Positions 50,312 through 60,219 of a stretch of 64,000 bases of DNA are shown piece by piece (positions within the stretch are counted from its first letter, which is position 1; every line of letters begins with the position of its first letter). The notes under the pieces are model-generated. The model was given only the letters and a program-made list of their open reading frames with translations. It did no database searches and was not told where the DNA came from. A program made the translations under genes and the position numbers. The DNA is from Parcubacteria group bacterium (GTDB lineage: Bacteria > Patescibacteriota > Minisyncoccia > Moranbacterales > GCA-2747515), in NCBI GenBank assembly GCA_041660065.1, contig JBAZXC010000002.1:25084-89083 (forward strand). Direction: 5' to 3'.

Positions 50312-51418
50312 TTATAGAAGATGCCTATATCCTCGTTTCCCGAGAAGGGCGACAACCTCTTTTACATCTTTTACGCGATCGCGATCAGCAACAAGGATCA
50401 CATCACCGGACTGAACGATTACGATCCCCTTAAGCCCGAGCGTTGCGATCACGGACTTGTCATTGCCAAAAACAAAACAATTTTGCGTATCAACACTGAC
50501 AACGTCGCCGCGCATATAATTATGATCCGGATTGCCAGTACAGTGCACATCATGCAACGACCGCCAATTGCCCACATCGCTCCATGTCAATGTTGCAGGA
50601 ACAACAAAGAGTTCAAGGCTCGAAAGTTTTTCCAACACTACTGTGTCAATCGGATGATCCTGCAATGCAGAAAAAAGACTGCGTTGCTCATCCTCACTGG
50701 GACACGCATTGACCTGTTCCAATGTCTGTGAAATTTCCGGCACGTATTTTTTAATTTGATCGAGAAATACGCTCGCACAAAAAACAAAACAACCCGAATT
50801 CCACAAGAATTGCCAATCGGAAAAATATTCCTTTGCTTTATCGGAGGAAGGCTTCTCTGCAAAAGCAGAAACGTGATGCACAGAATGAGCAAACTTCTTT
50901 CTTGTTTCATTGCCCATTTTAATGTATCCCAGCTCCGTACTCGGTTCTGTAGGCTTGATGCCGATGAGCCCAATCCTTTCAGGATAATAATCCACCACAC
51001 GAAACATTGTCTGCACAACATCGGCAAAAGTACCAACCTCCTTGATCATATGGTCCGATGGCACTGCGAGAATCACAGCGTTGGGATTCAATTGATAAAT
51101 TTTATCAGCCACAAAAGCCAACGCCGGCGCAGTGTTGCGTCCGCACGGCTCGATGAGAATATTTTCTGGCGCAACTTCCGGCAATTGTTCCGCGATGATC
51201 TCTCTATATTCAGCAATCGTGGACACAAAAAGATGCTCCGGAAGCACGAGATCTTTGACACGCTGATGCGTTCCTTGCAACAACGTATAGTCCTCCGTGA
51301 TCAAACGGTGAAACTGTTTTGGATTGTTTGCACGCGATTCCGGCCATAGTCTCTTGCCGGAACCACCTGCCATAATAACAACATAACGATCACTCTTCCC
51401 TTCTTTGCGATGCGGCAT
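50312..51418 (-). CDS. manC: Mannose-1-phosphate guanylyltransferase-like sugar nucleotidyltransferase
   Basis: VVIMAGGSGKRLWPESR N-terminal nucleotidyltransferase motif. The ORF extends to 51589, but the upstream part overlaps the ATPase gene, so the start is placed at an internal Met (uncertain). Confidence 0.65.
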   Translation of the reverse strand: MPHRKEGKSDRYVVIMAGGSGKRLWPESRANNPKQFHRLITEDYTLLQGTHQRVKDLVLPEHLFVSTIAEYREIIAEQLPEVAPENILIEPCGRNTAPALAFVADKIYQLNPNAVILAVPSDHMIKEVGTFADVVQTMFRVVDYYPERIGLIGIKPTEPSTELGYIKMGNETRKKFAHSVHHVSAFAEKPSSDKAKEYFSDWQFLWNSGCFVFCASVFLDQIKKYVPEISQTLEQVNACPSEDEQRSLFSALQDHPIDTVVLEKLSSLELFVVPATLTWSDVGNWRSLHDVHCTGNPDHNYMRGDVVSVDTQNCFVFGNDKSVIATLGLKGIVIVQSGDVILVADRDRVKDVKEVVALLGKRGYRHLL

Positions 51419-51512
51419 AAGTCCCAACCTCCATTGATATCCATGTATATTGATCTGTAAAACAACTCCGTATGTTTTCACACTATATCCTCTCGGTTGT
51501 TTTTGGTCAATA

Positions 51513-54074
51513 TCATGAAGGATCGATGTCATTCGCACTGATCCGCACTTTTTTTTGCATAAAACGTTTGTATATCTCAAACCACGCAATACTTACAATC
51601 GCCACACACAAACTTAATAATATTTCATTCACTTTCAATGCACTAAAATGGAAAATATTTCTCAAAAATGGCGTATACAATATCACCAGAAGAAAAAATG
51701 CCGCAGAAATCAAAATGTATTTCAATGCCTTGTTGCCATTACCCAGGATCTGCATAAAATTTTTGTATTGCGCTAAATTGGTGACAATAAGCATTAAATT
51801 GCCAAAGACAAGTGTAACAAAAGTGATCGTCCGAATTTTTTCCTCGCTAAAATGCCAGTGTAATGCCAAAAAATACACTACCAGCGCAGCAATCAAAACA
51901 CCAAGTCCTTGTAACAAACTGATCACAAAGGTCGAGCGATCCAGCAATCGTTTTTTTAGGTTGCGTGGATTGCGTTTCATGATGCCTTTTTCCGCTTTTT
52001 CTGATTCATACACCACCGAGCACGCCGGATCAATGATCAATTCCAAAAAGGCAATATGTGCCGGAAAAAGAACCACCGGCAAGTGAAAAATGACAGGGAT
52101 AAGTGATATGCCGGCAATCGGTATGTGCACGGAAAAAATATATGAGATCGCTTTTTTGAGATTATCAAATATGCGACGACCCATCTTGACTGCCTCCACA
52201 ATTGACAAAAAGTGATCATCCAAGAGCACAATGTCTGATGCCTCACGCGCCACATCCGTCCCGCGCCTTCCCATCGCAACACCGATATGTGCAGATTTTA
52301 ACGCCGGAGCATCATTCACGCCATCGCCTGTCATCACCACGATCTCACCATTTGCCTTGAGTGCCTCAACGATCGCCAACTTCTGATCCGGAACAACACG
52401 TGTAAAAATATTCACATCACGAATACGCATTTGCAATGTTGCACGATCACATTGCGCCAGATCTTGTCCGGTCATGTGTTCACCGACATTGCGCAATCCG
52501 ATCTTCTGTGCGACAAATTGTGCCGTGCCGGGATAGTCTCCCGTAACCATGATCACACGTATACCTGCCGTATAACATTCTTGCACGGCTTGTGCAACAG
52601 ACGGACGAACCGGGTCCACGAAGCCGATCAATCCGACAAATTCATATGCATAATCGTGCTGATCTTGTATGCGATCAGAATGATCCACTGTGGCCTTTGC
52701 CACACCAAGTACGCGCAAGCCTTTTTGGGACATCGCATCCACCTTTTTCAAAACATCCTCACCATGCATGTGATCCATGTGGCACAATTCAATGATCGCT
52801 TCCGGCGCACCTTTGGCCGCAACGATGTGTGCATTTGTGCCCGCCAACATCCACACATGCGACAAAGCGAGTAGTTCTTTTGACAATGGAAATTCTCGCA
52901 CCAATGTCCATCGATCATCAAGATGGACATCCCCATACGACAAAATATTACACACGCGATGAATCTCTTTCTCGATCGGATCAAACGGATCATGATGGCT
53001 TGCAAGCAAGGAATATTTCAGCAATGCATGATACTTTTCCGGCATCTCTTTTATATCAAACACATCGAGATCCATGATCTCTTGATCGATGACAACAGAT
53101 GCCAACCGCATTTCATTAAGCGTCAATGTGCCTGTTTTATCAACACACAATACTGTCGCAGCTCCCAATGTTTCAATTGCCGCAGACTTTCTCACGAGAA
53201 CGCGCTTGCGCGACATACGCCATGCCCCGATCGCCAAAAATACTACCAAGACAACGGAAAATTCTTCCGGCAAGAGCGCCATACTCAAAGACAATCCCGA
53301 CAAAACGCCACGGATCCAATCATGATAATAAATACCATATGCCACCAAAACACCAGCGCACATGACCATACCGACAATCGCAAAATTGCGAACCAGTATG
53401 CGCGTTTCTTTTTTGAGGAGCATTTCTTCCTCCACAATTGATTGCAATGATACACCGATCTTCCCAATCTCAGTATTCACGCCAATCCGCGTCACGCGCA
53501 CAAGTGCATGTCCCTGTGTCACCATTGTGCCAGAAAAAACAAACGGCAGGCCATCACCGCCAGGTTGCCCCAATTTTTCTTTACCATCCCACTCGCTTTT
53601 GCGCACAGATATAGACTCTCCTGTAAGCAAGGATTCGTCAATATATAAATGTGCAGATGACACGACCACAGCATCAGCCGGCACACGCGCGCCTTCGCGC
53701 AAAACGACAATGTCATCGCGCACCACTTCCCGACCGGCAACAGTATACTGCACACCATCTCGCACAACGGAAGCGCGCGGACTGGACAGATCGCGTAATG
53801 CTTCAAGAGCGCGTTCCGTCTTTCGTTCTTGATAAAATGTGATCCCCACCACCACACAGACAAAAGCAGAAAGCATCAATGCATCCTCCACCTCACCCAA
53901 AAAAAGATACACTCCGCCGGCAGCAATAAGTAAAAAAAGCATGGGATCTTTGATCACGCCGATAAAAATAGAAAATGCACTTTGCTTTCTTTGCGATGGT
54001 AGTTCATTGAATCCTTCCTGCGCCAATCGCTCTTTTGCTTCTTGGACAGTCAGACCCATTATTTGTTCAGACAT
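51513..54074 (-). CDS. P-type cation-transporting ATPase (P2-type, Ca2+/Mg2+-like)
   Basis: TGES, CVDKTGTLT, MVTGD and TGDGVNDAPALK motifs, with 10 TM helices. 853 aa. Confidence 0.88.
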   Translation of the reverse strand: MSEQIMGLTVQEAKERLAQEGFNELPSQRKQSAFSIFIGVIKDPMLFLLIAAGGVYLFLGEVEDALMLSAFVCVVVGITFYQERKTERALEALRDLSSPRASVVRDGVQYTVAGREVVRDDIVVLREGARVPADAVVVSSAHLYIDESLLTGESISVRKSEWDGKEKLGQPGGDGLPFVFSGTMVTQGHALVRVTRIGVNTEIGKIGVSLQSIVEEEMLLKKETRILVRNFAIVGMVMCAGVLVAYGIYYHDWIRGVLSGLSLSMALLPEEFSVVLVVFLAIGAWRMSRKRVLVRKSAAIETLGAATVLCVDKTGTLTLNEMRLASVVIDQEIMDLDVFDIKEMPEKYHALLKYSLLASHHDPFDPIEKEIHRVCNILSYGDVHLDDRWTLVREFPLSKELLALSHVWMLAGTNAHIVAAKGAPEAIIELCHMDHMHGEDVLKKVDAMSQKGLRVLGVAKATVDHSDRIQDQHDYAYEFVGLIGFVDPVRPSVAQAVQECYTAGIRVIMVTGDYPGTAQFVAQKIGLRNVGEHMTGQDLAQCDRATLQMRIRDVNIFTRVVPDQKLAIVEALKANGEIVVMTGDGVNDAPALKSAHIGVAMGRRGTDVAREASDIVLLDDHFLSIVEAVKMGRRIFDNLKKAISYIFSVHIPIAGISLIPVIFHLPVVLFPAHIAFLELIIDPACSVVYESEKAEKGIMKRNPRNLKKRLLDRSTFVISLLQGLGVLIAALVVYFLALHWHFSEEKIRTITFVTLVFGNLMLIVTNLAQYKNFMQILGNGNKALKYILISAAFFLLVILYTPFLRNIFHFSALKVNEILLSLCVAIVSIAWFEIYKRFMQKKVRISANDIDPS

Positions 54075-54193
54075 GATGTTCTTATAAATACCTAAAAATA
54101 TATGGCGTGATCCATCGCACGCATTTCTATATTATCATAAAAAGCACCTTTTTATACAAGAGACATCACAATAACATCCGCCGATACAAAAAT

Positions 54194-54697
54194 CTATCGA
54201 TAGATTGCGATGATTTGCCGAATGATCAATGTATCCGGTGTAATATATTCTCCAGAAAAATCGAACCACACACGCAGAAAATCCTCACGGACAATTTTTC
54301 GCACACGTCCTACTTCCGGATCTTGTAGATAAATATGCATATCATCCAATCCCGTCACCACGGAATAATGCCCATCCGCTACGTCATCTTCGTCATAATC
54401 CGTGCGTCCTCGCGTAAACCAATCCACAATTACCGGCACACCTTTTTCAAGCCATTGTGCGATTTCTTTCATCGATGATTCATTTTTGATCGTAACAGAA
54501 AATCCCAATGATCGTGCAACTCTTTCGATATCCACATCGGTGACGCCAAGGTTCGCATCAACCTCGCATAGTTGCGCAAATTCTTTCTCCGTCTTTTCAA
54601 CACCATACTGCATCAAAACGATCTTGAGAGACGCGGGTCCGCACATACCGGCATGCAATGTCTCTTGAAATGGCTGTACATGTAGTTGTATGTTCAT
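54194..54697 (-). CDS. Papain-like cysteine peptidase domain protein (C39-like)
   Basis: MCGPASLKIVL catalytic-Cys context and a downstream HYSVV. 167 aa, with no transporter fusion. Confidence 0.45.
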   Translation of the reverse strand: MNIQLHVQPFQETLHAGMCGPASLKIVLMQYGVEKTEKEFAQLCEVDANLGVTDVDIERVARSLGFSVTIKNESSMKEIAQWLEKGVPVIVDWFTRGRTDYDEDDVADGHYSVVTGLDDMHIYLQDPEVGRVRKIVREDFLRVWFDFSGEYITPDTLIIRQIIAIYR

Positions 54698-54698
54698 A

Positions 54699-54935
54699 TT
54701 ATTTTTTGTGACTGATATATATTTCTTTTTGTTTGAGTACCCAATCGCGCAAAACGATCCGCAATCCCAAAAGTTCCAAACCGATGATCGCCAACCATGA
54801 CCCCGGCGTAAGTGGTGTCACAAGTGCGACAAAACCCACCACGATCAAAGCAACCCCCACGATCATTTTGAGTTTTGGACGCTCTTTGATGAATTTTTTG
54901 CAATTGTACAACACCCCATGTATTTTTCTTTTCAT
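54699..54935 (-). CDS. Small membrane protein
   Basis: Two hydrophobic helices (MIVGVALIVVGFVALVTPLTPGSWLAIIGLELLGL). Start chosen at an internal Met so the zur operator is left intergenic. Confidence 0.35.
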   Translation of the reverse strand: MKRKIHGVLYNCKKFIKERPKLKMIVGVALIVVGFVALVTPLTPGSWLAIIGLELLGLRIVLRDWVLKQKEIYISHKK

Positions 54936-55028
54936 ATGACATGATAACCTATTTTTTCTATATATCCACAGTACCACATTTCTACAAGATACAATATGCA
55001 TTTGACAATGTGCTGCCTGCGCTTTATT

Positions 55029-55053
55029 ATAAATGCAACAATAGTGCATTTAT
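55029..55053. promoter_or_regulatory. Candidate Zur/Fur operator: 9-7-9 palindrome ataaatgca-acaatag-tgcatttat, 9 bp upstream of the zur start
   Basis: Perfect inverted repeat. AT-rich like Fur-family boxes. Located at the zur / small-membrane-gene divergent promoter. Confidence 0.5.
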
Positions 55054-55061
55054 ACAATTTT

Positions 55062-55478
55062 ATGAATCTTGATCTCATCCTCACAAAGGTCCGCGCATGT
55101 GGTGGCCGCATTTCTCCTGTGCGCAAAGCGATCATTCATAGTTTACTGACAAAAGATTGTCTCGTATCTCATGCCAATATCGTCACGCAGCTCAAGAAGC
55201 ACCACCTCACACCGGACCGTTCCACGATCTTTCGTGAATTGCGCTTTCTTACAGCACACAACATCATCTGCAAAAGTACGATCGCCGATGTTGATTATTA
55301 CGAGATCCCCCACGACCATCATCATCACCTCATCTGCCTCCATTGTGACAAGATCACAAAAGTTGTCATGAAAGATCATATAAAATGCACTTCTGCGCAC
55401 ATCGCACGCAAAAATCATTTTACGATCACCGGACATTCCTTGGAGTTTTACGGCTATTGCGCGCAATGCCGTGCATAA
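55062..55478 (+). CDS. zur: Fur-family metalloregulator, probably Zur
   Basis: Winged-helix N-terminus, HDHHHHLICLHCDKI and a C-terminal CAQC metal site. Directly precedes znuABC. Confidence 0.7.
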   Translation: MNLDLILTKVRACGGRISPVRKAIIHSLLTKDCLVSHANIVTQLKKHHLTPDRSTIFRELRFLTAHNIICKSTIADVDYYEIPHDHHHHLICLHCDKITKVVMKDHIKCTSAHIARKNHFTITGHSLEFYGYCAQCRA

Positions 55479-55500
55479 ATTTCCCCTTATTTTTTAATTA

Positions 55501-56448
55501 ATGACCACGTATATGAAACAAAAGATCTTTATCGCCATCATTGTGATCCTCGCACTCATTGCCGTTGTATTCTTACTCAAAAGCAATCAAAAAAAAGAAT
55601 CCCCTTCTGCGCGTATTTCCGTCGTGACCACGCTATTTCCACTCTATGACTTTGCAAAAAATGTCGGCGGTGATCATGTCGATGTGTCCCTCCTTCTCCC
55701 GCCGGGCGTTGAAGCACACTCTTTTGAACCAACACCCAGCGACATCATCACGATCAACCGGTCCGATGTGTTCGTATATACAGGCGCATTCATGGAGCCC
55801 TGGGTGGAGGATGTGATCGCCGGCATGCAAAATGACACCGTTACCATTGTAAATACAAGCGCACATATTGCATTGATCAACGAGAATGAGGATCATGGTG
55901 ACGAATCATCCCATAGCGGTATTGATCCGCATGTCTGGCTCGATTTTGACAATGCGCAAAAAATGGTGGATGCGATCACGGATGCGCTTGCGCAAAAAGA
56001 CCCTACACATGCCGGCGACTATCGCACCAATGCCGTGCAGTACAAAGAAACGCTTGCACAATTGGATCACACATATGCAACAACGCTTGCACAATGCCGG
56101 CGGAGAGACATCGTCTACGGCGGTCATTATGCATTCGGATACATGAGCAAAAAATATGATCTCCGCTATGAAGCAGCATATGGCATTTCACCGAATGCGG
56201 AACCCTCGGCACAAGACCTTGCGCAACTTGTGGAACAAATCAAAAAAAATGGTATCACAACGATATTTTATGAGGATCTCCTCAATCCAAAGATCGCTGA
56301 AACATTGGCGCGAGAAACAAACACAAAACTCCTCGCATTGACTCCGGCAGGAAACATTTCAAAAGAGGATTACCAAACTGGCACAACGTTTGTCATGCTT
56401 ATGGAAAAAAATTTACAAAACCTCGCGCAGGGATTATCATGTAACTAA
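55501..56448 (+). CDS. znuA: Zinc ABC transporter substrate-binding protein (cluster A-I SBP, ZnuA-like)
   Basis: Signal/TM N-terminus, a His/acidic-rich loop NENEDHGDESSHSGIDPHVW, and metal-binding His residues. Confidence 0.8.
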   Translation: MTTYMKQKIFIAIIVILALIAVVFLLKSNQKKESPSARISVVTTLFPLYDFAKNVGGDHVDVSLLLPPGVEAHSFEPTPSDIITINRSDVFVYTGAFMEPWVEDVIAGMQNDTVTIVNTSAHIALINENEDHGDESSHSGIDPHVWLDFDNAQKMVDAITDALAQKDPTHAGDYRTNAVQYKETLAQLDHTYATTLAQCRRRDIVYGGHYAFGYMSKKYDLRYEAAYGISPNAEPSAQDLAQLVEQIKKNGITTIFYEDLLNPKIAETLARETNTKLLALTPAGNISKEDYQTGTTFVMLMEKNLQNLAQGLSCN

Positions 56449-57200
56449 TGGAAAAAATAATTTCTGTAGACAAAATTTCTGTCCAGTACGGACAAAATAA
56501 AATTCTCCATGATATTTCCTTTGCCATCGACAAAGGTGATTTCATCGGTCTCGCCGGACCAAACGGTGCCGGCAAAACAACACTTGTCAAAGCCATTCTC
56601 GGACTTCTGCCAATCGCAAAAGGCACGATCACCATTTTTGGAATACCACAAAGATCTTTCACGGGTTTTTCCAAGATCGGTTATCTCCCGCAAAAACATA
56701 CCGGCATCAATAATCTTTTCCCCGCATCGGTCAAAGAGATCGTCGCATTGGGATTATTATCTTCAAAAAAACCACCCCGCAATCTCTCACATACGGATTG
56801 GCACAAGGTTACCACGGCACTCCATGAATTGGACATCATAGACCTACAAGACAAAATGATTTCCGAGCTCTCCGGTGGACAACAGCAAAAAGTATTGCTC
56901 GCTCGTGCGATCGTCGCAAAACCGGAACTCCTCATTTTTGATGAACCCTCCACAGCACTCGACCCGGAGTCTCGCAATGAATTTTTCACACTCGTCCAAA
57001 AATTCAACAAAGAAAAAGGTCTGACAGTGATTTTGATCACACATGACACAGGCTATATCGGCAGTTATGCGAATAAATTGCTTTATATCGACCACAAGCT
57101 CATTCATTTCGGACCAATTGCGGATTTTTGCAAAAAAGATGCTACAGCGGCATGTTTTGAGAAAATCGGAGAACACGTCGTTTGGCATCAGCACACATAA
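56448..57200 (+). CDS. znuC: Zinc ABC transporter ATP-binding protein
   Basis: GLAGPNGAGKTT Walker A, LSGGQQQKVLLARA signature and ILITHD. Confidence 0.85.
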   Translation: MEKIISVDKISVQYGQNKILHDISFAIDKGDFIGLAGPNGAGKTTLVKAILGLLPIAKGTITIFGIPQRSFTGFSKIGYLPQKHTGINNLFPASVKEIVALGLLSSKKPPRNLSHTDWHKVTTALHELDIIDLQDKMISELSGGQQQKVLLARAIVAKPELLIFDEPSTALDPESRNEFFTLVQKFNKEKGLTVILITHDTGYIGSYANKLLYIDHKLIHFGPIADFCKKDATAACFEKIGEHVVWHQHT

Positions 57201-57203
57201 CCT

Positions 57204-58010
57204 ATGGATATATTATATTTTTTACAATACGCATTCATACAAAAAGCGTTCCTCGCAGGATCTTTTGTCGCGATCACCTGTGCTGTATTGGGCATGTTTC
57301 TGGTCCTGCGCAAGATGTCATTGATCGGCGATGGTCTTTCCCATGTCAGCTTTGGTGCCATCGCTCTTGGCTTATTTTTTGGCTTTTATCCTTTTTATAT
57401 CGCTGTTCCCATTGTCATGATCGGCGCTCTGATCATCCTAAAAATCACAGAAAGAGCCCGCGTTTACGGTGACGCGGCAATCGGGATCGTTTCCGCCGTC
57501 GGCATTGCCGGTGGCGTGATTTTGGCGAGTGCATCCAACGGATTTAATATTGATCTATTCAGTTATCTTTTTGGCAATATCCTTGCAATCAGCACAACGG
57601 AAGTATTCTTGTCGATCATTCTTTCTTTTGTCGTACTCATAACCATTTATTTTTTTTATTGGGATCTTTTTTCCGCCACATTCGATGAAGAATACGCCAA
57701 AACAACAGGCATCAAAACCCACCTGATCAATACGATCCTTGCGATCCTTACAGCGATCACTGTCGTTCTTTCTATCAAAGTCGTTGGCGTTATGCTGGTT
57801 TCTGCGTTGCTCATTTTTCCGGCGGTCACAGCATTGCAGATCGCCAAGGGTTTTAAAAAGGCGATTTTGTATGCAGTGATGTTTTCTCTTCTCTCGGTTT
57901 TGATCGGTATCACGATATCGTTTTTTCTCGACTTCCCCGCCGGCGCAACGATCGTCATGGTCAATGCACTTTTCTTTGGTATAACATTTCTCTACAAGAA
58001 ACTCGCCTGA
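57204..58010 (+). CDS. znuB: Zinc/manganese ABC transporter permease (ABC-3 family)
   Basis: 268 aa with 8 TM helices. Position within the zur-znuAC operon. Confidence 0.8.
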   Translation: MDILYFLQYAFIQKAFLAGSFVAITCAVLGMFLVLRKMSLIGDGLSHVSFGAIALGLFFGFYPFYIAVPIVMIGALIILKITERARVYGDAAIGIVSAVGIAGGVILASASNGFNIDLFSYLFGNILAISTTEVFLSIILSFVVLITIYFFYWDLFSATFDEEYAKTTGIKTHLINTILAILTAITVVLSIKVVGVMLVSALLIFPAVTALQIAKGFKKAILYAVMFSLLSVLIGITISFFLDFPAGATIVMVNALFFGITFLYKKLA

Positions 58011-58024
58011 TAAAAAAAGATCAC

Positions 58025-59260
58025 TTATTTTATTCGTATCAAAATATTTTTTGGCGTCACGACAAGCAACACTGCCGCAAGTACCACCCCAATAAGACCC
58101 AAAACACTAAATGCTCCCGGAATACCGAGAAGACCGGCCAGAACACCTGCAAAGACCGGCCCAAAAATATACCCGGAATTGAAAGATAAATCTTCCACAC
58201 CTTCAATCTCACTATCTACGCATGGCGCTTCGGAAATATAGTCCGCATATGCCGCATTAATCGCCGGCAATGCAATACTGATAAAACACGCAGCGACAAA
58301 AATTGTGATAATTGCAAACGGTGCGTATGACACATGGACAAAAGATGTTAAAATCGTTGACCCGATCAGTATACCGAGAAGTGCCGTCCGTTTTTTCCCA
58401 AAACGTCGCGTGACATTCCCCACGATCCACCCGACAAAAAGCGCCGGAAGGATGTACGCTGTCAAAAACAACCCGCCAAATTTACCAAGATCGATCGTCT
58501 CCACATAGAGTGGTGCCAACGTCCAGAAAAATGCATCCACAAAAGAAAGAAAGAACGTGACACAGAGAACCGGCGTCATGATTTTGCCTAACTTTTTCCA
58601 CAAATCAATCTCTCGAAAAAGACTTTTATGTTTTTGCTCCTTGTGTGCCGTCACATGCACATCTTTTCTGCCGTGTATATACATGAGAAAGAGCAGGATG
58701 ATAAAAAGTCCGAGTCCAATACCCAAAAAGATCCAACTCACTGCAAATACGCGCCAATCGATTGCAGACACGATCACAAAACCGACAATGAGCGGTGCCA
58801 AGACACTGCCCAACGCACGGAAGATCTGCACAACACCAAAGTGCGATGCGTGATCGGATTTTTTGGTATAGCGACCGATAAAATTAAATGTCCCAAAACC
58901 GCTCAGGTCATAGTATAATCCCCAGACTGCCATCACAAAAAGATAAAACCATACGCCATTTGCTTGCGAAAGCAACAGCGGATACGAAGCACAAACGACA
59001 AACATAAGCCAGAACATATGGCGAAAATCCGCATTCTTGAAAAATTTGCAGATCAAAAAATCAAAGAACGCACCACTGATCGATGATGTCCCGATGATCA
59101 ACCCGATCATGCCGATAGAAAAACCGTTTTCTTCCATAAGGATCGGCGTGATATATGTCAGCATGCAATCAAAGATCGTCCAAAAAAAGATCACCAATCC
59201 GAACAAAAAAACAGGTGGTAAATATGGGTCACGATGTTTGGTCTTATTTAATGCTGTCAT
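58025..59260 (-). CDS. MFS transporter
   Basis: 12 TM helices. 411 aa. Confidence 0.6.
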   Translation of the reverse strand: MTALNKTKHRDPYLPPVFLFGLVIFFWTIFDCMLTYITPILMEENGFSIGMIGLIIGTSSISGAFFDFLICKFFKNADFRHMFWLMFVVCASYPLLLSQANGVWFYLFVMAVWGLYYDLSGFGTFNFIGRYTKKSDHASHFGVVQIFRALGSVLAPLIVGFVIVSAIDWRVFAVSWIFLGIGLGLFIILLFLMYIHGRKDVHVTAHKEQKHKSLFREIDLWKKLGKIMTPVLCVTFFLSFVDAFFWTLAPLYVETIDLGKFGGLFLTAYILPALFVGWIVGNVTRRFGKKRTALLGILIGSTILTSFVHVSYAPFAIITIFVAACFISIALPAINAAYADYISEAPCVDSEIEGVEDLSFNSGYIFGPVFAGVLAGLLGIPGAFSVLGLIGVVLAAVLLVVTPKNILIRIK

Positions 59261-59304
59261 GAGTGAGAAAAATATAAAAAAAATCTAGCCATCATATTAT
59301 ATCA

Positions 59305-60213
59305 TTATCTCTTTTTTCCAACAAAAATAGGATCTTTTAGAACGAAATATCCGCTCACATAACTTGTAATATCTGTGTCCGCGCCACTATAGTCCATAGA
59401 GTTTTTATGATCGCGCACGACAAATGCCCGGTCATCGCCCACATATCCGCGCAGGAAAACCATGCACGACGGACAATCACATATGATATCATCGACCGTT
59501 TCCGACGAAAAATGCGCCAGCGCATCCAGACTCTTTTCATCCCGTGACAGTGTCGTTTGCACATCGCCATGATGGCTAAAATCCGAACTTACGACAAGAA
59601 TTGTGTCGTCATCAGCCATGTGACGTATCTCTTTTCCCAATGCAGAAAGCATTTCTTGATCGGCTTTTGCATTTACTACAAGACTCGTAACTTCTACACC
59701 TGAGAAATATTTCGCAACAAATGGAACAAGTGTATACACGCCATGTTCCATAAAAAAAGGGGTGTTATTTATTTCAACGCCCGGCAGAGTATCAATCCGT
59801 TCAAAAAGAGCCGTGTCATTGGCCACTGCGCCAAACGGTGTATCCCATGACAATGCTGTGACATATGCGATCGTTTTTTGATCGTGAAATCGATTGAAGT
59901 GGTCCGGACTGACAATGATCACGTGTCGTGGGATATTTTCAACGCCACAAAAAAAGTTTGTGATAAGCCCCTGTGCCAAAAAATGATGTGACGTGATACC
60001 GGCGATCACATGCGACGTTGGCAGAACATCATCACATGTACTCGTATACAGCGACGCATTGTCATAAAAACTCCGCAATACTTTTTCATTCCCCTGTCCA
60101 AATCTCTCCTCATTCACAAAAGATCTTTGCACCATAAAACGAACGGCAAAAAACCCACCGATCACAACAAGCGGTGGGAGTAAATATCCGATCCAATGAT
60201 ATTTTTTTTGCAT
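59305..60213 (-). CDS. MEMO1-family (AmmeMemoRadiSam system protein B-like) protein with an N-terminal TM anchor
   Basis: ITSHHFLA...VIIVSPDHF...SSDFSHHG metal-site-like His motifs. Confidence 0.45.
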   Translation of the reverse strand: MQKKYHWIGYLLPPLVVIGGFFAVRFMVQRSFVNEERFGQGNEKVLRSFYDNASLYTSTCDDVLPTSHVIAGITSHHFLAQGLITNFFCGVENIPRHVIIVSPDHFNRFHDQKTIAYVTALSWDTPFGAVANDTALFERIDTLPGVEINNTPFFMEHGVYTLVPFVAKYFSGVEVTSLVVNAKADQEMLSALGKEIRHMADDDTILVVSSDFSHHGDVQTTLSRDEKSLDALAHFSSETVDDIICDCPSCMVFLRGYVGDDRAFVVRDHKNSMDYSGADTDITSYVSGYFVLKDPIFVGKKR

Positions 60214-60219
60214 ATCTTT

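Noticed and set aside
51472-53441. Several 150-200 aa plus-strand ORFs (51472-52086, 52431-52874, 52923-53441, 53362-53832)
   Set aside because: All antisense to the P-type ATPase, whose motifs are unambiguous.
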